Positions 1-9,632 of a stretch of DNA of 64,000 bases are shown piece by piece. Positions within the stretch are counted from its first letter, which is position 1. Each line of letters opens with the position of its first letter. The notes under the pieces were generated by a model. That model saw only the letters and a program-made list of their open reading frames with translations, did no database searches and was not told the origin of the DNA. This stretch comes from Phycisphaerales bacterium (lineage in GTDB: Bacteria > Planctomycetota > Phycisphaerae > Phycisphaerales > UBA1924), in NCBI GenBank assembly GCA_965227775.1, contig OZ245777.1:832001-896000 (forward strand), in the 5' to 3' direction. The translations under genes and the position numbers were made by a program.

Positions 1-1
1 C

Positions 2-1123
2 ATGCTCAAGCGCGACGGCAGCCGGAAGGACGTGCGGCTGACGGGGTTGCAGCGCTTCGAGGGGTTGGGCCGCGTGGATACCGCGAGCGTGCGCGCGGGC
101 GACCTCTTCGCGGCCGTCGGCATCGAGAGCGTGGACATCGGCGATACGCTGGCGGACCCCGAGGTAGCCGAGCCGCTGCCGCCGGTGACGATCGACGAGC
201 CGACGGTGTCGATCGTCATGCGCATCAATGACTCGCCCTTCGGCGGACAAGACGGCAAGTTTGTCACGAGCCGGCAGATCCGCGAGCGTCTGGACAAGGA
301 GCTGCAGAGCAACGTGGCGCTACGCGTCGAGCCCGGCGCGTCAGCTGATGAGTTCATCGTGGCGGGGCGTGGCCTCTTGCACCTGGGCATCCTCTTCGAG
401 ACGATGCGGCGTGAGGGCTACGAGATGAGCATCGGCCGGCCACGCGTGATCATCAAGGACATCGAAGATGTGGCCCACGAGCCGCTGGAGGTCCTGGTCG
501 TCGATGCACCGGTAGCCAACGTGGGCAAGGTGATGGAGCTCGTCGGCGCTCGCAAGGGCGAGCTGAAGAAGATGGAAGACCGCGGCAGCCACACGAGCCA
601 CCTGGTCTTCGAGATCACCAGCCGGTCGCTCATCGGCCTGCGCAGCCGCCTGCTGACGGCGACACAAGGCGAGGCGATCATGAGCCACCGCTTTGAATGC
701 TACGTGCCCATGATGAGCGAGGCCGCCGGCCGGCAGAACGGCGTGATGATCGCCACCGAGGCCGGCCAGGTGACCGCGTACGCCGTCGAGCAGCTGCACG
801 ACCGCGGCATCTTGTTCGTCAAGCCGGGCGACAAGGTGTATGGAGGCCAGGTCGTCGGCGAGCACAACCGCGACAACGACATCCCCGTCAACATCGTTCG
901 GCTTAAGGCCCTCACCAACATCCGCAGCGCCAACAAGGAAGCGACCGTGACGCTCAAGGCGCCGAGGGCCATCACGCTCGAGGACGCGCTCGAGTACATC
1001 GAGGACGACGAGCTTGTCGAGCTCACCCCCACCAGCGTCCGCCTGCGCAAGAAGATCCTCGACGAGGGCATGCGGAAGCGTGCGGAGCGGCAGAAGAAGG
1101 ATAAGGAGAAGGTGGGGGTGTGA
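2..1123 (+). CDS. typA: Translational GTPase TypA/BipA, C-terminal part (5' truncated by window)
   Basis: NDSPFGGQDGKFVTSRQIRERL, GRGLLHLGILFETMRREGYE, LEDALEYIEDDELVELTP are BipA domain III-CTD motifs. Confidence 0.97.
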   Translation: MLKRDGSRKDVRLTGLQRFEGLGRVDTASVRAGDLFAAVGIESVDIGDTLADPEVAEPLPPVTIDEPTVSIVMRINDSPFGGQDGKFVTSRQIRERLDKELQSNVALRVEPGASADEFIVAGRGLLHLGILFETMRREGYEMSIGRPRVIIKDIEDVAHEPLEVLVVDAPVANVGKVMELVGARKGELKKMEDRGSHTSHLVFEITSRSLIGLRSRLLTATQGEAIMSHRFECYVPMMSEAAGRQNGVMIATEAGQVTAYAVEQLHDRGILFVKPGDKVYGGQVVGEHNRDNDIPVNIVRLKALTNIRSANKEATVTLKAPRAITLEDALEYIEDDELVELTPTSVRLRKKILDEGMRKRAERQKKDKEKVGV

Positions 1124-1127
1124 GCCA

Positions 1128-1904
1128 ATGCCGGAGCTCACACTCGAGCAAATTCGAAGGGACTGGGGGCGACCGGCTTCGGTCTTGATCCCATCATCCA
1201 AGCAGCGAGCGCGCAAGGACAGCAGTTGGATTGGGCGTGTGACGCTCGCTCGGCGCGGCGAGGCCTGGCCGGCGTGGCAGGGGCGGCCGCTCGCCCCGCT
1301 GTGCCAGCTCAGGCTCGATCAAGCGCCGTTCGTGCCTGAGGAACTCCGCGATATCGCGTGCATCACGATCTTTGTGGACTTCGATGACGAGGGGGTCGCG
1401 GCAACTCTGCTCGACGAGCATGAGCAGTATCGTGATCAATGCCTTGTGCCCAACGGCCGAGCCTGGGCACTGCGTGCGTACCAAGCGGTCGATGAACTCG
1501 CAGAGATCAAGGCACCGAAGCCGCACTGGCCGTTCTCAGCCAAGCCTGGTAAGTGGGTCTTCGTTGAGCGAGACATTCCAACGGATCACGAGTTCTCCGA
1601 TGACGCACTCGATATCGAGAATTGGCCTGAGGAGGCGCACGACGCTCGGCTCAATGGCGTCCGTCTCGGGGGTTGGCCCAGCATCATTCAGTGGCCGCTA
1701 CCTTGGGGGCCGAGGCGGCTCCCGCCGATGACGTTCTCCGGCAAACCGGTCCCGTGGACTCGCCCAAAGTTCGACCCCCAATTCGCGCTCGAGGTCACCT
1801 CGATTCCCGAGTGCTGCCTTTGCATCTACGACGCCGGAGCGTTCTTCTTTGGCCGGGGTCGGAAGGACCGAATGCGGTGGTGCTTCTCGTCCGACTCCGC
1901 TTAA
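1128..1904 (+). CDS. YwqG/DUF1963-like protein
   Basis: ATG 4 nt after typA stop; WP..GRPLAPLCQL, RLGGWPSIIQ and IYDAGAFFF match the DUF1963 pattern. Confidence 0.7.
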   Translation: MPELTLEQIRRDWGRPASVLIPSSKQRARKDSSWIGRVTLARRGEAWPAWQGRPLAPLCQLRLDQAPFVPEELRDIACITIFVDFDDEGVAATLLDEHEQYRDQCLVPNGRAWALRAYQAVDELAEIKAPKPHWPFSAKPGKWVFVERDIPTDHEFSDDALDIENWPEEAHDARLNGVRLGGWPSIIQWPLPWGPRRLPPMTFSGKPVPWTRPKFDPQFALEVTSIPECCLCIYDAGAFFFGRGRKDRMRWCFSSDSA

Positions 1905-2025
1905 TCGCATCCCCTTCCCCCAGCCCCAAACCCCTGCTAACATCTCGACCCGCCACGGCACGGGCCCCAAGCCGGGAGGCCGACTCCCGCCCCATTGGCT
2001 GTGCGGCACTTGATAGGTATCTGCC

Positions 2026-2352
2026 ATGTACGCGATCATCGAAGAGTCGGGCGGCCAGCGCAAGGTGACCGAGGGCGAGGAGATCCTCATCGACCTCTAC
2101 AAGGGTGGTGAAGCTGGCAAGGGCGACCCCGTCACCTTCGACAAGGTCCTGGTGATCGGCGATGCGGGCGGCTCGGCCAAGGTCGGCACCCCGCACGTCG
2201 GCGGCGCGAGCGTGACGGCCGAGGTCATCGAGCCGGCCGTCAAGGGCGACAAGATCGACATCCACAAGTACCGGCCCAAGAAGGCCTCGCGCAGCAAGAC
2301 CGGCCACCGCCAGCGCTACACGCTGGTGAAGGTAACCGGCCTGAAGGGCTGA
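2026..2352 (+). CDS. rplU: 50S ribosomal protein L21
   Basis: MYAIIEESGGQRKV ... KTGHRQRYTLVKVTG. Confidence 0.97.
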   Translation: MYAIIEESGGQRKVTEGEEILIDLYKGGEAGKGDPVTFDKVLVIGDAGGSAKVGTPHVGGASVTAEVIEPAVKGDKIDIHKYRPKKASRSKTGHRQRYTLVKVTGLKG

Positions 2353-2380
2353 CGCCGCTCTCCAACGCGACCACACGAAG

Positions 2381-2420
2381 ACACCCGCCCCCCGAGAACG
2401 GAAGGGCGGGTGTTGTGCTT
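2381..2420 (+). terminator. Hairpin terminator after rplU (between convergent genes)
   Basis: acacccgccc (2381-2390) pairs with gggcgggtgt (2404-2413); weak T/G tail. Confidence 0.6.
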
Positions 2421-2461
2421 CCCGCGATTGGGAAGGAGAACGGGTTCGCTGAGCGCCGGGC

Positions 2462-4435
2462 TTATGGGCAGCCGGCCTCGATCAACTGGATCGCCTCGAG
2501 CACGTCGAACGTGTCGAGCGTGCCAAACGGCGCGGCCAGGTCTGTCCGCATGTCGCCGAGCTCGAAGAGGTTGACGAACGCGAGCAGGTCGAAGAAGTCC
2601 AGGCCCGGCGTGCCGTCGAGATCAACAACCGAGCACGGCCCGATGTGGAGCAGCTGGTTGCCGATCGAGTCGACCGTGCCCTCGACGACGGTCGCGTCGA
2701 CGCCGCCCGGCCACTGGATCGTGACGCGCAGCGGATCGTCGCCCTCGGCATCGGCCCCGAGACCGAAGTAGGCCTCAGCGGGTTCCTGGCCGGCCATGCT
2801 GATGCCAGCGGTGATGGTGCGGATCATGTCGAGCTGGGCGGCAGCGCCGTCGAGTTCGACGCGGACCATGGCGCCGATCGCGTGGAAGTTGGCGCCCTCC
2901 ATGCGCGGGCGGACCGTGATGTACGAGGCCTGGGGACCATCGTCATCGGGCTTGTTCTGCAGGAGCTTGATGGCCGACTCGTCGCAGCGGGGCGAGATGG
3001 CCGAGAGCATGACGGTGTGCAGCAGGTCGACGCAGCCGTCGCGGTTGATGTCGGCGCCGACGATGGTGGAGCCGCGCTCGATGATGGTCAGCGCGTCGCT
3101 CACCTGCTCGGTGAAGTGGACGTTGTCGGGGTCGCCGTCGTGGATCATCATGCGCGGCCGATCGACGCACGAGTTGAACCCGTTGGTGATGAGCAGGTCG
3201 GGCCAGCCGTCGCGGTCCATGTCCTGGAAGGTTGTGCCCCAGCCCCATCCAAACTTGCCGCCCTGCTGGCTCACGCCCGCTTCGAGCGCGGCTTCGATGT
3301 AGGTCGGCTCGTCGGACTGCGACAGGAAGAAGTTGTTGTGCAGCGCCGAGCCGGGCGTGTCGGTAATGGTGACGAAGATGTCCATCACGCCGTCGGCGTT
3401 GGCGTCGGCGATCGACACGCCCATGTCGGTCTCGGGCATCGGGTCGGTCACGCCCGCGGTATCGGTGACATCGAGCATGGGGTTGAGCAGCATGACGCCC
3501 GGGCGATCGGGGTCTTCAAAGCTGCCCTGGTTGATCCACATGTGGTTCTTGTCCATGTCGCAGGCGCCGTAGATGTCCAGCATCCCGTCGCCGTTGAAGT
3601 CATGCATGACAATCTGCCAGAAGCTACCGAAGTGGTCGACGCCGGGCTCTGCGACACCGGGAGCGAAGACGTCGATCGAGACGTCCTCGAACTTGCGGCC
3701 GCCGGTGTCGGCGTCGGGTAGGTTCAGCAGCAGGCGCGCGCCGATCTCGTCCGGCTCGTTCTCACCCGCGGCGGACCAGAGCCCGATCATCAGATCGACG
3801 TGGCCGTCGCCGTTCACGTCTCCGGCAGCGAGGCTGCCGATGTGCCGCAGCAGCGAGAGCGCGCCCGACCCGGGATCGAGCCCGCGATGGTCGCTCACGA
3901 GATCGAGGTCGGCGATGCCGGTTGCGTCGCTCACGTCCTCGAACGTGCCATCGGGAAGCTGGCGGTAGAGCCGCGGCGTGGCCCAGTCCCACTCGATGGC
4001 GTCGATGGGGCTGAAGAACGAGTCGCCCGCGACGATGAGGTCGAGGCGGCGATCGCCGTCGTAGTCGAACCACAGCGCGACGCGCGAGCGCGGCTTGTCG
4101 GCACCGTCGCCTCCCGAAACACCCAGCTCGCTCGCACGCTCGGTGAACGTGCCGTCGCCGTTGTTGACGTACAGAAGGTCGGGCATGCCCTCGGTGTTGG
4201 GCACGAAGAAGTCGATGTGCCCGTCGTTGTCGTAGTCGGCCGCGGCCAGTCCGGCGATCATCCCCATCGCCGAGCGGTACGCGGTCCGTTCGATGCCGGC
4301 GTCGCGGCTGACGTCTTCGAGCGTGAAGTCCTGGGCCGACGCGATGCCGCAGGCAAGGCCCGTCGCGAGGACTACCCGCCACGCGGGCACGCGAACACGA
4401 TCGGGCATCACGCCCTTCTTCATCGAAACACTCAT
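2462..4435 (-). CDS. Secreted FG-GAP/CRTAC1-like protein with ASPIC/UnbV domain and divergent dockerin-like C-terminus
   Basis: Signal peptide (..GIASA-Q), repeated DxDxDGxxD loops, AIGAMVRV..AYFGLG..TIQWPGG, ends in AGCP; start uncertain. Confidence 0.85.
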   Translation of the reverse strand: MSVSMKKGVMPDRVRVPAWRVVLATGLACGIASAQDFTLEDVSRDAGIERTAYRSAMGMIAGLAAADYDNDGHIDFFVPNTEGMPDLLYVNNGDGTFTERASELGVSGGDGADKPRSRVALWFDYDGDRRLDLIVAGDSFFSPIDAIEWDWATPRLYRQLPDGTFEDVSDATGIADLDLVSDHRGLDPGSGALSLLRHIGSLAAGDVNGDGHVDLMIGLWSAAGENEPDEIGARLLLNLPDADTGGRKFEDVSIDVFAPGVAEPGVDHFGSFWQIVMHDFNGDGMLDIYGACDMDKNHMWINQGSFEDPDRPGVMLLNPMLDVTDTAGVTDPMPETDMGVSIADANADGVMDIFVTITDTPGSALHNNFFLSQSDEPTYIEAALEAGVSQQGGKFGWGWGTTFQDMDRDGWPDLLITNGFNSCVDRPRMMIHDGDPDNVHFTEQVSDALTIIERGSTIVGADINRDGCVDLLHTVMLSAISPRCDESAIKLLQNKPDDDGPQASYITVRPRMEGANFHAIGAMVRVELDGAAAQLDMIRTITAGISMAGQEPAEAYFGLGADAEGDDPLRVTIQWPGGVDATVVEGTVDSIGNQLLHIGPCSVVDLDGTPGLDFFDLLAFVNLFELGDMRTDLAAPFGTLDTFDVLEAIQLIEAGCP

Positions 4436-4676
4436 TCTGGAAACCCCCGTCTCCTGCCGAGCGCCGCGGGAGCAAGCGCTCGAATTCCCCGTTCTCGCTG
4501 CGTTTTACTTTCGCAGCCTGGATCAGGCGCAGGCCCTCGGCCGGGAGGCGGTCGGGGGCCACGAGAAGCGCCAACCAACTTTTGCCAATATCTCAGAAAG
4601 GGCCTGCCGTGTCAAGCCCATTTACATGCTGGGGCCGGTAAAAATACCCGATCCCTCGCACGAAAACGGGGTTTGC

Positions 4677-5438
4677 ATGCCCGATCCAGAGGTCCCCACA
4701 CCCCCAGAGTTCGACCGCGAGCCTGTCCGGAAGCCCCAGAGCGCCGGCCCTGACAGGGATCTGGGAGAGATCATCTCGGCCGTGACCGATGGCTGGACCT
4801 GCCCTGAGTGCCGGTACGAACTCAAGGGCCAGTCCATCCATGTCGAGCCGACGTACCGCTTCCTGGTCAGCCGCTGCCCCGAGTGCGGCCGCGTGTGGCC
4901 CGCACAGATGCAGGACCTCAGGCCCGCCGTCCGCCGCCGCCTCGCGTCGACTTCGGCGTTCCTGTGGTGGGCACTAGTAGGCGGCGGGCTGCTGGGCATC
5001 GGCATGTACCTGTTCGGCATGGCAGCCTCGGCGGCGAGCTGGGCCCGCTGGCGGGGCGACATCTTCGGTTGGGTCGCACTGAGCGACATCCTCTGGCACC
5101 CGCCCGTGATGCTGGTCGCGGCGGTTACCGCGGCGATCGGATTGTCCCACCTGTCCACGCGGCGCTTGCTGCTGCTCGCGATCGCACCGGCGGTCATCGG
5201 CTTCCTGAGCACGGTCGCGCTGCTGCTGAGCGACATCGGGCGCAACGCGCTGACCGAAGAGGTCATGGCGGCCATGATCCACCTGGGTGCGGGCTACGTC
5301 GCGATGGTCCTGGCGGTGCTGGTCGCTCGGCCGATCGCGCGACTCATCACGCTGGTGTTCATGAGCAAGAACATGCGGATCACGGTCTCCGGCTTGTGGA
5401 CCGCAGAGGGGCGCACCCCGCCGTGGCTGAACACCTAG
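4677..5438 (+). CDS. Membrane protein with N-terminal zinc ribbon
   Basis: CPECRYELKG...RCPECG followed by about four hydrophobic helices; start taken at ATG 4677. Confidence 0.7.
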   Translation: MPDPEVPTPPEFDREPVRKPQSAGPDRDLGEIISAVTDGWTCPECRYELKGQSIHVEPTYRFLVSRCPECGRVWPAQMQDLRPAVRRRLASTSAFLWWALVGGGLLGIGMYLFGMAASAASWARWRGDIFGWVALSDILWHPPVMLVAAVTAAIGLSHLSTRRLLLLAIAPAVIGFLSTVALLLSDIGRNALTEEVMAAMIHLGAGYVAMVLAVLVARPIARLITLVFMSKNMRITVSGLWTAEGRTPPWLNT

Positions 5439-5992
5439 GCCTCGGCCGCTCGCACGAACGTGCCGCGCTGTCGATCCTTCTCCACACCTGGGAAGGGCAG
5501 CGCTCGCCCATGAAACACGCACCACACGCCCGGATCGAGCGCACCCGTGGCGAAGAGCGCCTCGGTCAGGTTCTGCACACCATCGCTGCGCTGCATGGCG
5601 AAGGGGCGCATGGCGCCCGTCAGGATGATCGGGATCGAGAGGCCCTCAAGCTGTTCATGGAGCAGCGTGCCGGTGTGCGCCAGCGTGTCAGTGCCGTGCA
5701 GGATGACGATGCCCGTGGGCTTCGGTGAGGCCTCGAGCGACTGGCGGACGGCCCCGAGGATGGCCTGGCGATCATCGTCGGTGATGTCGAGGCTGTCCTT
5801 GCTCATGATCTCGCGCACGGAGACCTCGGCGCCGCTCAGGCGGAAGCGGGCGAGCTTGCGGCGGACGATCGACCGATGGTTGGCCAGCGTGCCGGTGTAC
5901 TCGTCGTAGGTCTTCTCGATGGTGCCGCCGGTGGTGAGCACGACGATGCGTCGCTCGGTGGGCAGCGGCTGCGGCTTGGACTCTGACGCCAT
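5435..5992 (-). CDS. Asparaginase domain protein (N-terminal catalytic domain only)
   Basis: TTGGTI and HGTDT catalytic motifs, SKDS, LTGAM. Confidence 0.9.
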   Translation of the reverse strand: MASESKPQPLPTERRIVVLTTGGTIEKTYDEYTGTLANHRSIVRRKLARFRLSGAEVSVREIMSKDSLDITDDDRQAILGAVRQSLEASPKPTGIVILHGTDTLAHTGTLLHEQLEGLSIPIILTGAMRPFAMQRSDGVQNLTEALFATGALDPGVWCVFHGRALPFPGVEKDRQRGTFVRAAEA

Positions 5993-6073
5993 GGGCGGTT
6001 ATAGGCCCGCGTGCGACGCCGCCGGAGCAGACACGGCCGCGCATCCCTGGGTACGCACACCAGGAGCCTCCCC

Positions 6074-6169
6074 ATGACCACGAACCTGCGCACCGTGAAC
6101 GCCAAGCCCGCCAACGACAAGCCCGTGGTCCACCCCGGCGGCATCTTCCCGCTGGTCTTCAGCGTGTAG
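6074..6169 (+). CDS. Putative 31-aa small protein MTTNLRTVNAKPANDKPVVHPGGIFPLVFSV
   Basis: AGGAG at 6062-6066, ATG 6074, TAG 6167-6169; every codon ends in G/C; fits an intergenic gap. Confidence 0.65.
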   Translation: MTTNLRTVNAKPANDKPVVHPGGIFPLVFSV

Positions 6170-6172
6170 CGA

Positions 6173-7090
6173 TCACGGGCAGCCCGCGTCGAACTCGTTC
6201 TGGAACGCCAAGAAGTCGAAGATCGTCAGCTCGCCGTCGCCATCGAAGTCGGCGAGAAGGTCGCCCGCGTCGAACGCGTTTTGGAATGCGAGAAAGTCGA
6301 AGATCGTGAGTTCGCCGTCGCCGTCAATGTCGGCGCGGCAGGGAGACTCGAGCGGGCCGAGCCACGCGGCGCCACCGGTCGCGTTGCTATCGGTGTAGGG
6401 ATTGGTGAACGCGATCCACTCGCCACCGGGGCCTTGCGACAAATCGTACGAGAACGCTGGCACGCCATCGCCGCCGCGCGTCGAGAGGATGTAGACGGTG
6501 TTGTTACCGATGGCCATCGCACGCCCTTGCGTGTTGCTCGCGGGGAACGGATCAACGATCTTGGTCATCTCCTGCGCACCGATATCGATGGCGTAGAGGC
6601 CAGAGTCGCCAAACTCGGTGTAGCCATAGAGCAGCCCATCGGCGGCGTTGTAGTCGAGCGCGAAGAAGCGGAAGTTTGTGCCCGTGTGGATGTCGTAGAC
6701 CAGCCGCGTGGCGCCGGTCGCCGGATCGATGCTGTAGATGCCCTTGGTGCTCGAGAAATTCGAATAGCCGTACAGCGTCTGGCCGTCGTACGCCAACGCG
6801 TGGACATCGCGATCGATGGTCGCAAGGCGGCGGGGCGAGCCGGTGAAGTCGTGCTCGTACAGCACGGTCGTGAACGGGCCGTTGCAGAGGAAGACGCTGC
6901 AGTCGCCGCGGCCAGCTGCGCCACTCACGTCGGTGCGCACGCCCGGCACGTAGCTCACGCTGGGGAAGCCGGCAAGGTCCGACGTGTACGTCGTGGGCGA
7001 ACTCGACTCGAGCCCGACGAATACCTGGGCGTGGGCCACCGTGGCCATGAATCCGCACGCGACGCTCCCGGAGATCACCGTGATGCTCAT
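6173..7090 (-). CDS. Secreted beta-propeller-like protein with GC-type dockerin-like tail
   Basis: Signal (..VAHA-Q), LYG/YSID repeats, CRADIDGDGELTIFDFLAFQNAFDAGD..AGCP; ATG 7090 has GGAGG upstream. Confidence 0.8.
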   Translation of the reverse strand: MSITVISGSVACGFMATVAHAQVFVGLESSSPTTYTSDLAGFPSVSYVPGVRTDVSGAAGRGDCSVFLCNGPFTTVLYEHDFTGSPRRLATIDRDVHALAYDGQTLYGYSNFSSTKGIYSIDPATGATRLVYDIHTGTNFRFFALDYNAADGLLYGYTEFGDSGLYAIDIGAQEMTKIVDPFPASNTQGRAMAIGNNTVYILSTRGGDGVPAFSYDLSQGPGGEWIAFTNPYTDSNATGGAAWLGPLESPCRADIDGDGELTIFDFLAFQNAFDAGDLLADFDGDGELTIFDFLAFQNEFDAGCP

Positions 7091-7180
7091 GCCTTCGCCT
7101 CCCTCGCGCGCAACCCAATGAAAAGGGCGCCGCCGCATGGTGCGACGGCGCCCTGGATATGGATCGGACCGCGTGATGCG

Positions 7181-9415
7181 TTACGAGCAGCCGGCGGAGA
7201 ACTCGTTCTGGAACGCAAGGAAGTCGAAGATGTTCAGCGAGCCGTCGCCGTCGAAGTCGGCGGCCAGGTCGCCAGCGGCGAAGGCGTTCTGGAACGCGAG
7301 GAAGTCGAAGATGTCCAGCGTGCCGTTGCCGTCGAAGTCGGCCCGGCAATCAACGCCGCGGCTGAGCTCATCGGCGGTGACGACGCGCTTGACGCCATCA
7401 AGGCCCTCAATGCTCAGGAACAGGCCCGCGCCACCGCCGCGCTCGAAGAACTCGACAGTGATCTCGTGCGTGCCGGCCTGGAGGGCGACCTCGGTGCCAA
7501 CCTCTTGCATGCCGTGCAGACCGTCGTTGTCGACGATCTCGTCATCGCCCAGGTAGAGCTTGCTGCCGTCGTCGGAGTTGGTGAAGAGCGTGTAGATGCC
7601 CGTCTGCGGGATGTCGATGTAGCCGGTGAACACGGCGGCAACGTCATCGGCGCGGCCACTGGTCACAAACTCGCCCGAGGTCGACGGGAAGTTGATCTCG
7701 GTCACCACGTCGCTGGCGTAGGACGTCAGCGTCGAGAAGTCGGGCAACACGGAGAAGCTGCCCGAGTAGTAGTCGACGTCCAGGCCAGGCTGGGTGACCG
7801 TCGGGTTCTCCGGAGCGCGGAAGCTGGCAGGGTCGAGCACGTCGATGGTGACCGTGGCGCCGGCGGTCTGGTCGCCGTTGGTCACCACGTAATCGAACGT
7901 GTCCTCGCCGAACGAACCAGAAGGAGCCGTGTACACGAGCTCGTCGCGGCCCTCGGGGCCGGTTCCGACGCTCAGCGTGATCATGCCACCCAGCGAGCCT
8001 GTCGCGTCGAAGCTCTCGATCGTCAGGGGCAGGCCCATCGGATCGAAGTCGTTCGCGGTGACATCGAGGTCCGACATCTCGCCCGCGATCACGGCGAAGG
8101 TGTCGTCGATCGCCAGCGGCTCGCCCGAACCGGTGCCCGCCGCAGCAGCGACGGCCTGGAACGCGTTCGTGCGCCCGTTGCTGAAGATCGGGTCGAAGCC
8201 CGGCGCGCCGATGTCGTCGGCGGTGTCGTACAAGATGTTCTGCAGCACATCGGGCGTCGCCGTCGGCGCCACGCTCCACATCAGGCCGAGTACACCGTTG
8301 GTGACCGGAGTCGCCATGCTGGTGCCGCTATAGAAGTCATACCCGCCGCCGAGCACCGGCGCCAGGATGTCCACGCCCGGCGTGAAGATGTCGACGCCGC
8401 GGCCGTAGCTCGAGAAGCCGGCCTTGCGATCCGAGCGGTTGCTGGCACCCACCACGATCGTGTCTTCCCACGAGAAGCCGCTGTGGTCCTGATCGAAGTT
8501 GTCGGCCGCGTACAGCAGCAGACCGCCGATACTCTTGATGTACGTGCCAGAGCTGCCGACGGCGGGCGTCTGCACGCCCGTCCACGAGCAGCTCGCCGTC
8601 TTCGCGCCATTCTCGACGGCCCACTCCGAGCCGTGCAGGATGGCGTTCAGCGAGGCGCTTCCGGCGCCGCCGGCCGAGGCCTGCGGGGCGCGAACGCCGA
8701 GGATCTGCAGATTCCAGCCCGCGCCGGCAACACCGACGCCATTGTCGCCGATCGCCGCACCGCAGCCGGCCACGTGCGTGCCGTGACCGTTCTGATCGCG
8801 AACGACACCGCCTTCGCTCTCGCGCAGGCGGTCGCCCGAGTTGTACCCCTCGACCAGCGCGTCGGCGAGGTCCTCGTGGCCCAGCATCGTGCCGGTGTCG
8901 ACGTACGCGGTGATGACCGACGCCGAACCCGTGGTGATGTCCCAAGCCTGGGGCGAGGAGATCACCGGGTGGTGCCACTGCTGGCTATACCGCGGATCGC
9001 CCGGCTCGATCATGGTGTACACGATCCAGTTGGGGTGGGCAAAGCGATAGTCGTCGGTCGCGCCCAGCCAGGCGCCCATGGCCGACTCGTCCATGCCATC
9101 GGGAATCGACAGCGTGAAGCGATCGGGGCCGCGATCGTGCAACACGATGAACGGCTCGATGCGCGCTTCGGCCGCACGGCGCCGCGCGACGGCTTGCTCG
9201 TAGGTCAGGCCCGCGCGCTGCCAGTCGACGATGCGCTTGGGCGAAACCAGCATCTCCCCACTGAACGTGCGCTGGTTCGCGGTCTCGACGAACGGACCGA
9301 AGTACTCGGCGCTCAGGCCGATGGCGTCGTCGGCAAGCGCCGGCATCGCGAGGCCCACCGAAAGCAGGATCGAGAGAGCGCCGACGGACCGACGCGAGAC
9401 GTGCTGATAACCCAT
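7181..9415 (-). CDS. S8 subtilase with Ig/cadherin-like, PA14 and GC-type dockerin-like domains
   Basis: VDTG, HGTHVAG, GTSMATP triad; DVTANDFD; NSDDGSKL..DNDGLH (PA14); DFLAFQN x2, AGCS. Confidence 0.93.
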   Translation of the reverse strand: MGYQHVSRRSVGALSILLSVGLAMPALADDAIGLSAEYFGPFVETANQRTFSGEMLVSPKRIVDWQRAGLTYEQAVARRRAAEARIEPFIVLHDRGPDRFTLSIPDGMDESAMGAWLGATDDYRFAHPNWIVYTMIEPGDPRYSQQWHHPVISSPQAWDITTGSASVITAYVDTGTMLGHEDLADALVEGYNSGDRLRESEGGVVRDQNGHGTHVAGCGAAIGDNGVGVAGAGWNLQILGVRAPQASAGGAGSASLNAILHGSEWAVENGAKTASCSWTGVQTPAVGSSGTYIKSIGGLLLYAADNFDQDHSGFSWEDTIVVGASNRSDRKAGFSSYGRGVDIFTPGVDILAPVLGGGYDFYSGTSMATPVTNGVLGLMWSVAPTATPDVLQNILYDTADDIGAPGFDPIFSNGRTNAFQAVAAAAGTGSGEPLAIDDTFAVIAGEMSDLDVTANDFDPMGLPLTIESFDATGSLGGMITLSVGTGPEGRDELVYTAPSGSFGEDTFDYVVTNGDQTAGATVTIDVLDPASFRAPENPTVTQPGLDVDYYSGSFSVLPDFSTLTSYASDVVTEINFPSTSGEFVTSGRADDVAAVFTGYIDIPQTGIYTLFTNSDDGSKLYLGDDEIVDNDGLHGMQEVGTEVALQAGTHEITVEFFERGGGAGLFLSIEGLDGVKRVVTADELSRGVDCRADFDGNGTLDIFDFLAFQNAFAAGDLAADFDGDGSLNIFDFLAFQNEFSAGCS

Positions 9416-9632
9416 GCTGAGCTCCCCTGTTCGCTTGGAGTTTCGAACGACCCGCGCATCGGGCAGACGACGCGGGACCGGTGTTCTCTACGAGCGAAAA
9501 GACAGCCCGGACGACGCCCGGGCCACATTCCGCACACCCCAAGTACCGTGCAAGGACCGCTCGCGTTAGCAGAACGTCCGATAGATATCCGAACAGCCGG
9601 AGTTTTTCGGGGATTCCCGACGATTCTGAGCC

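Noticed and set aside
1128..1904. DUF1963 gene as part of a mobile element
   Set aside because: Codon usage looks slightly atypical, but no transposase, integrase or flanking repeats were seen
6173..7350. Repeated gaagtcgaagat/ggaacgc units as a CRISPR array or DGR template/variable repeat
   Set aside because: They are coding EF-hand duplications; there are no spacers, cas genes or reverse transcriptase in the window
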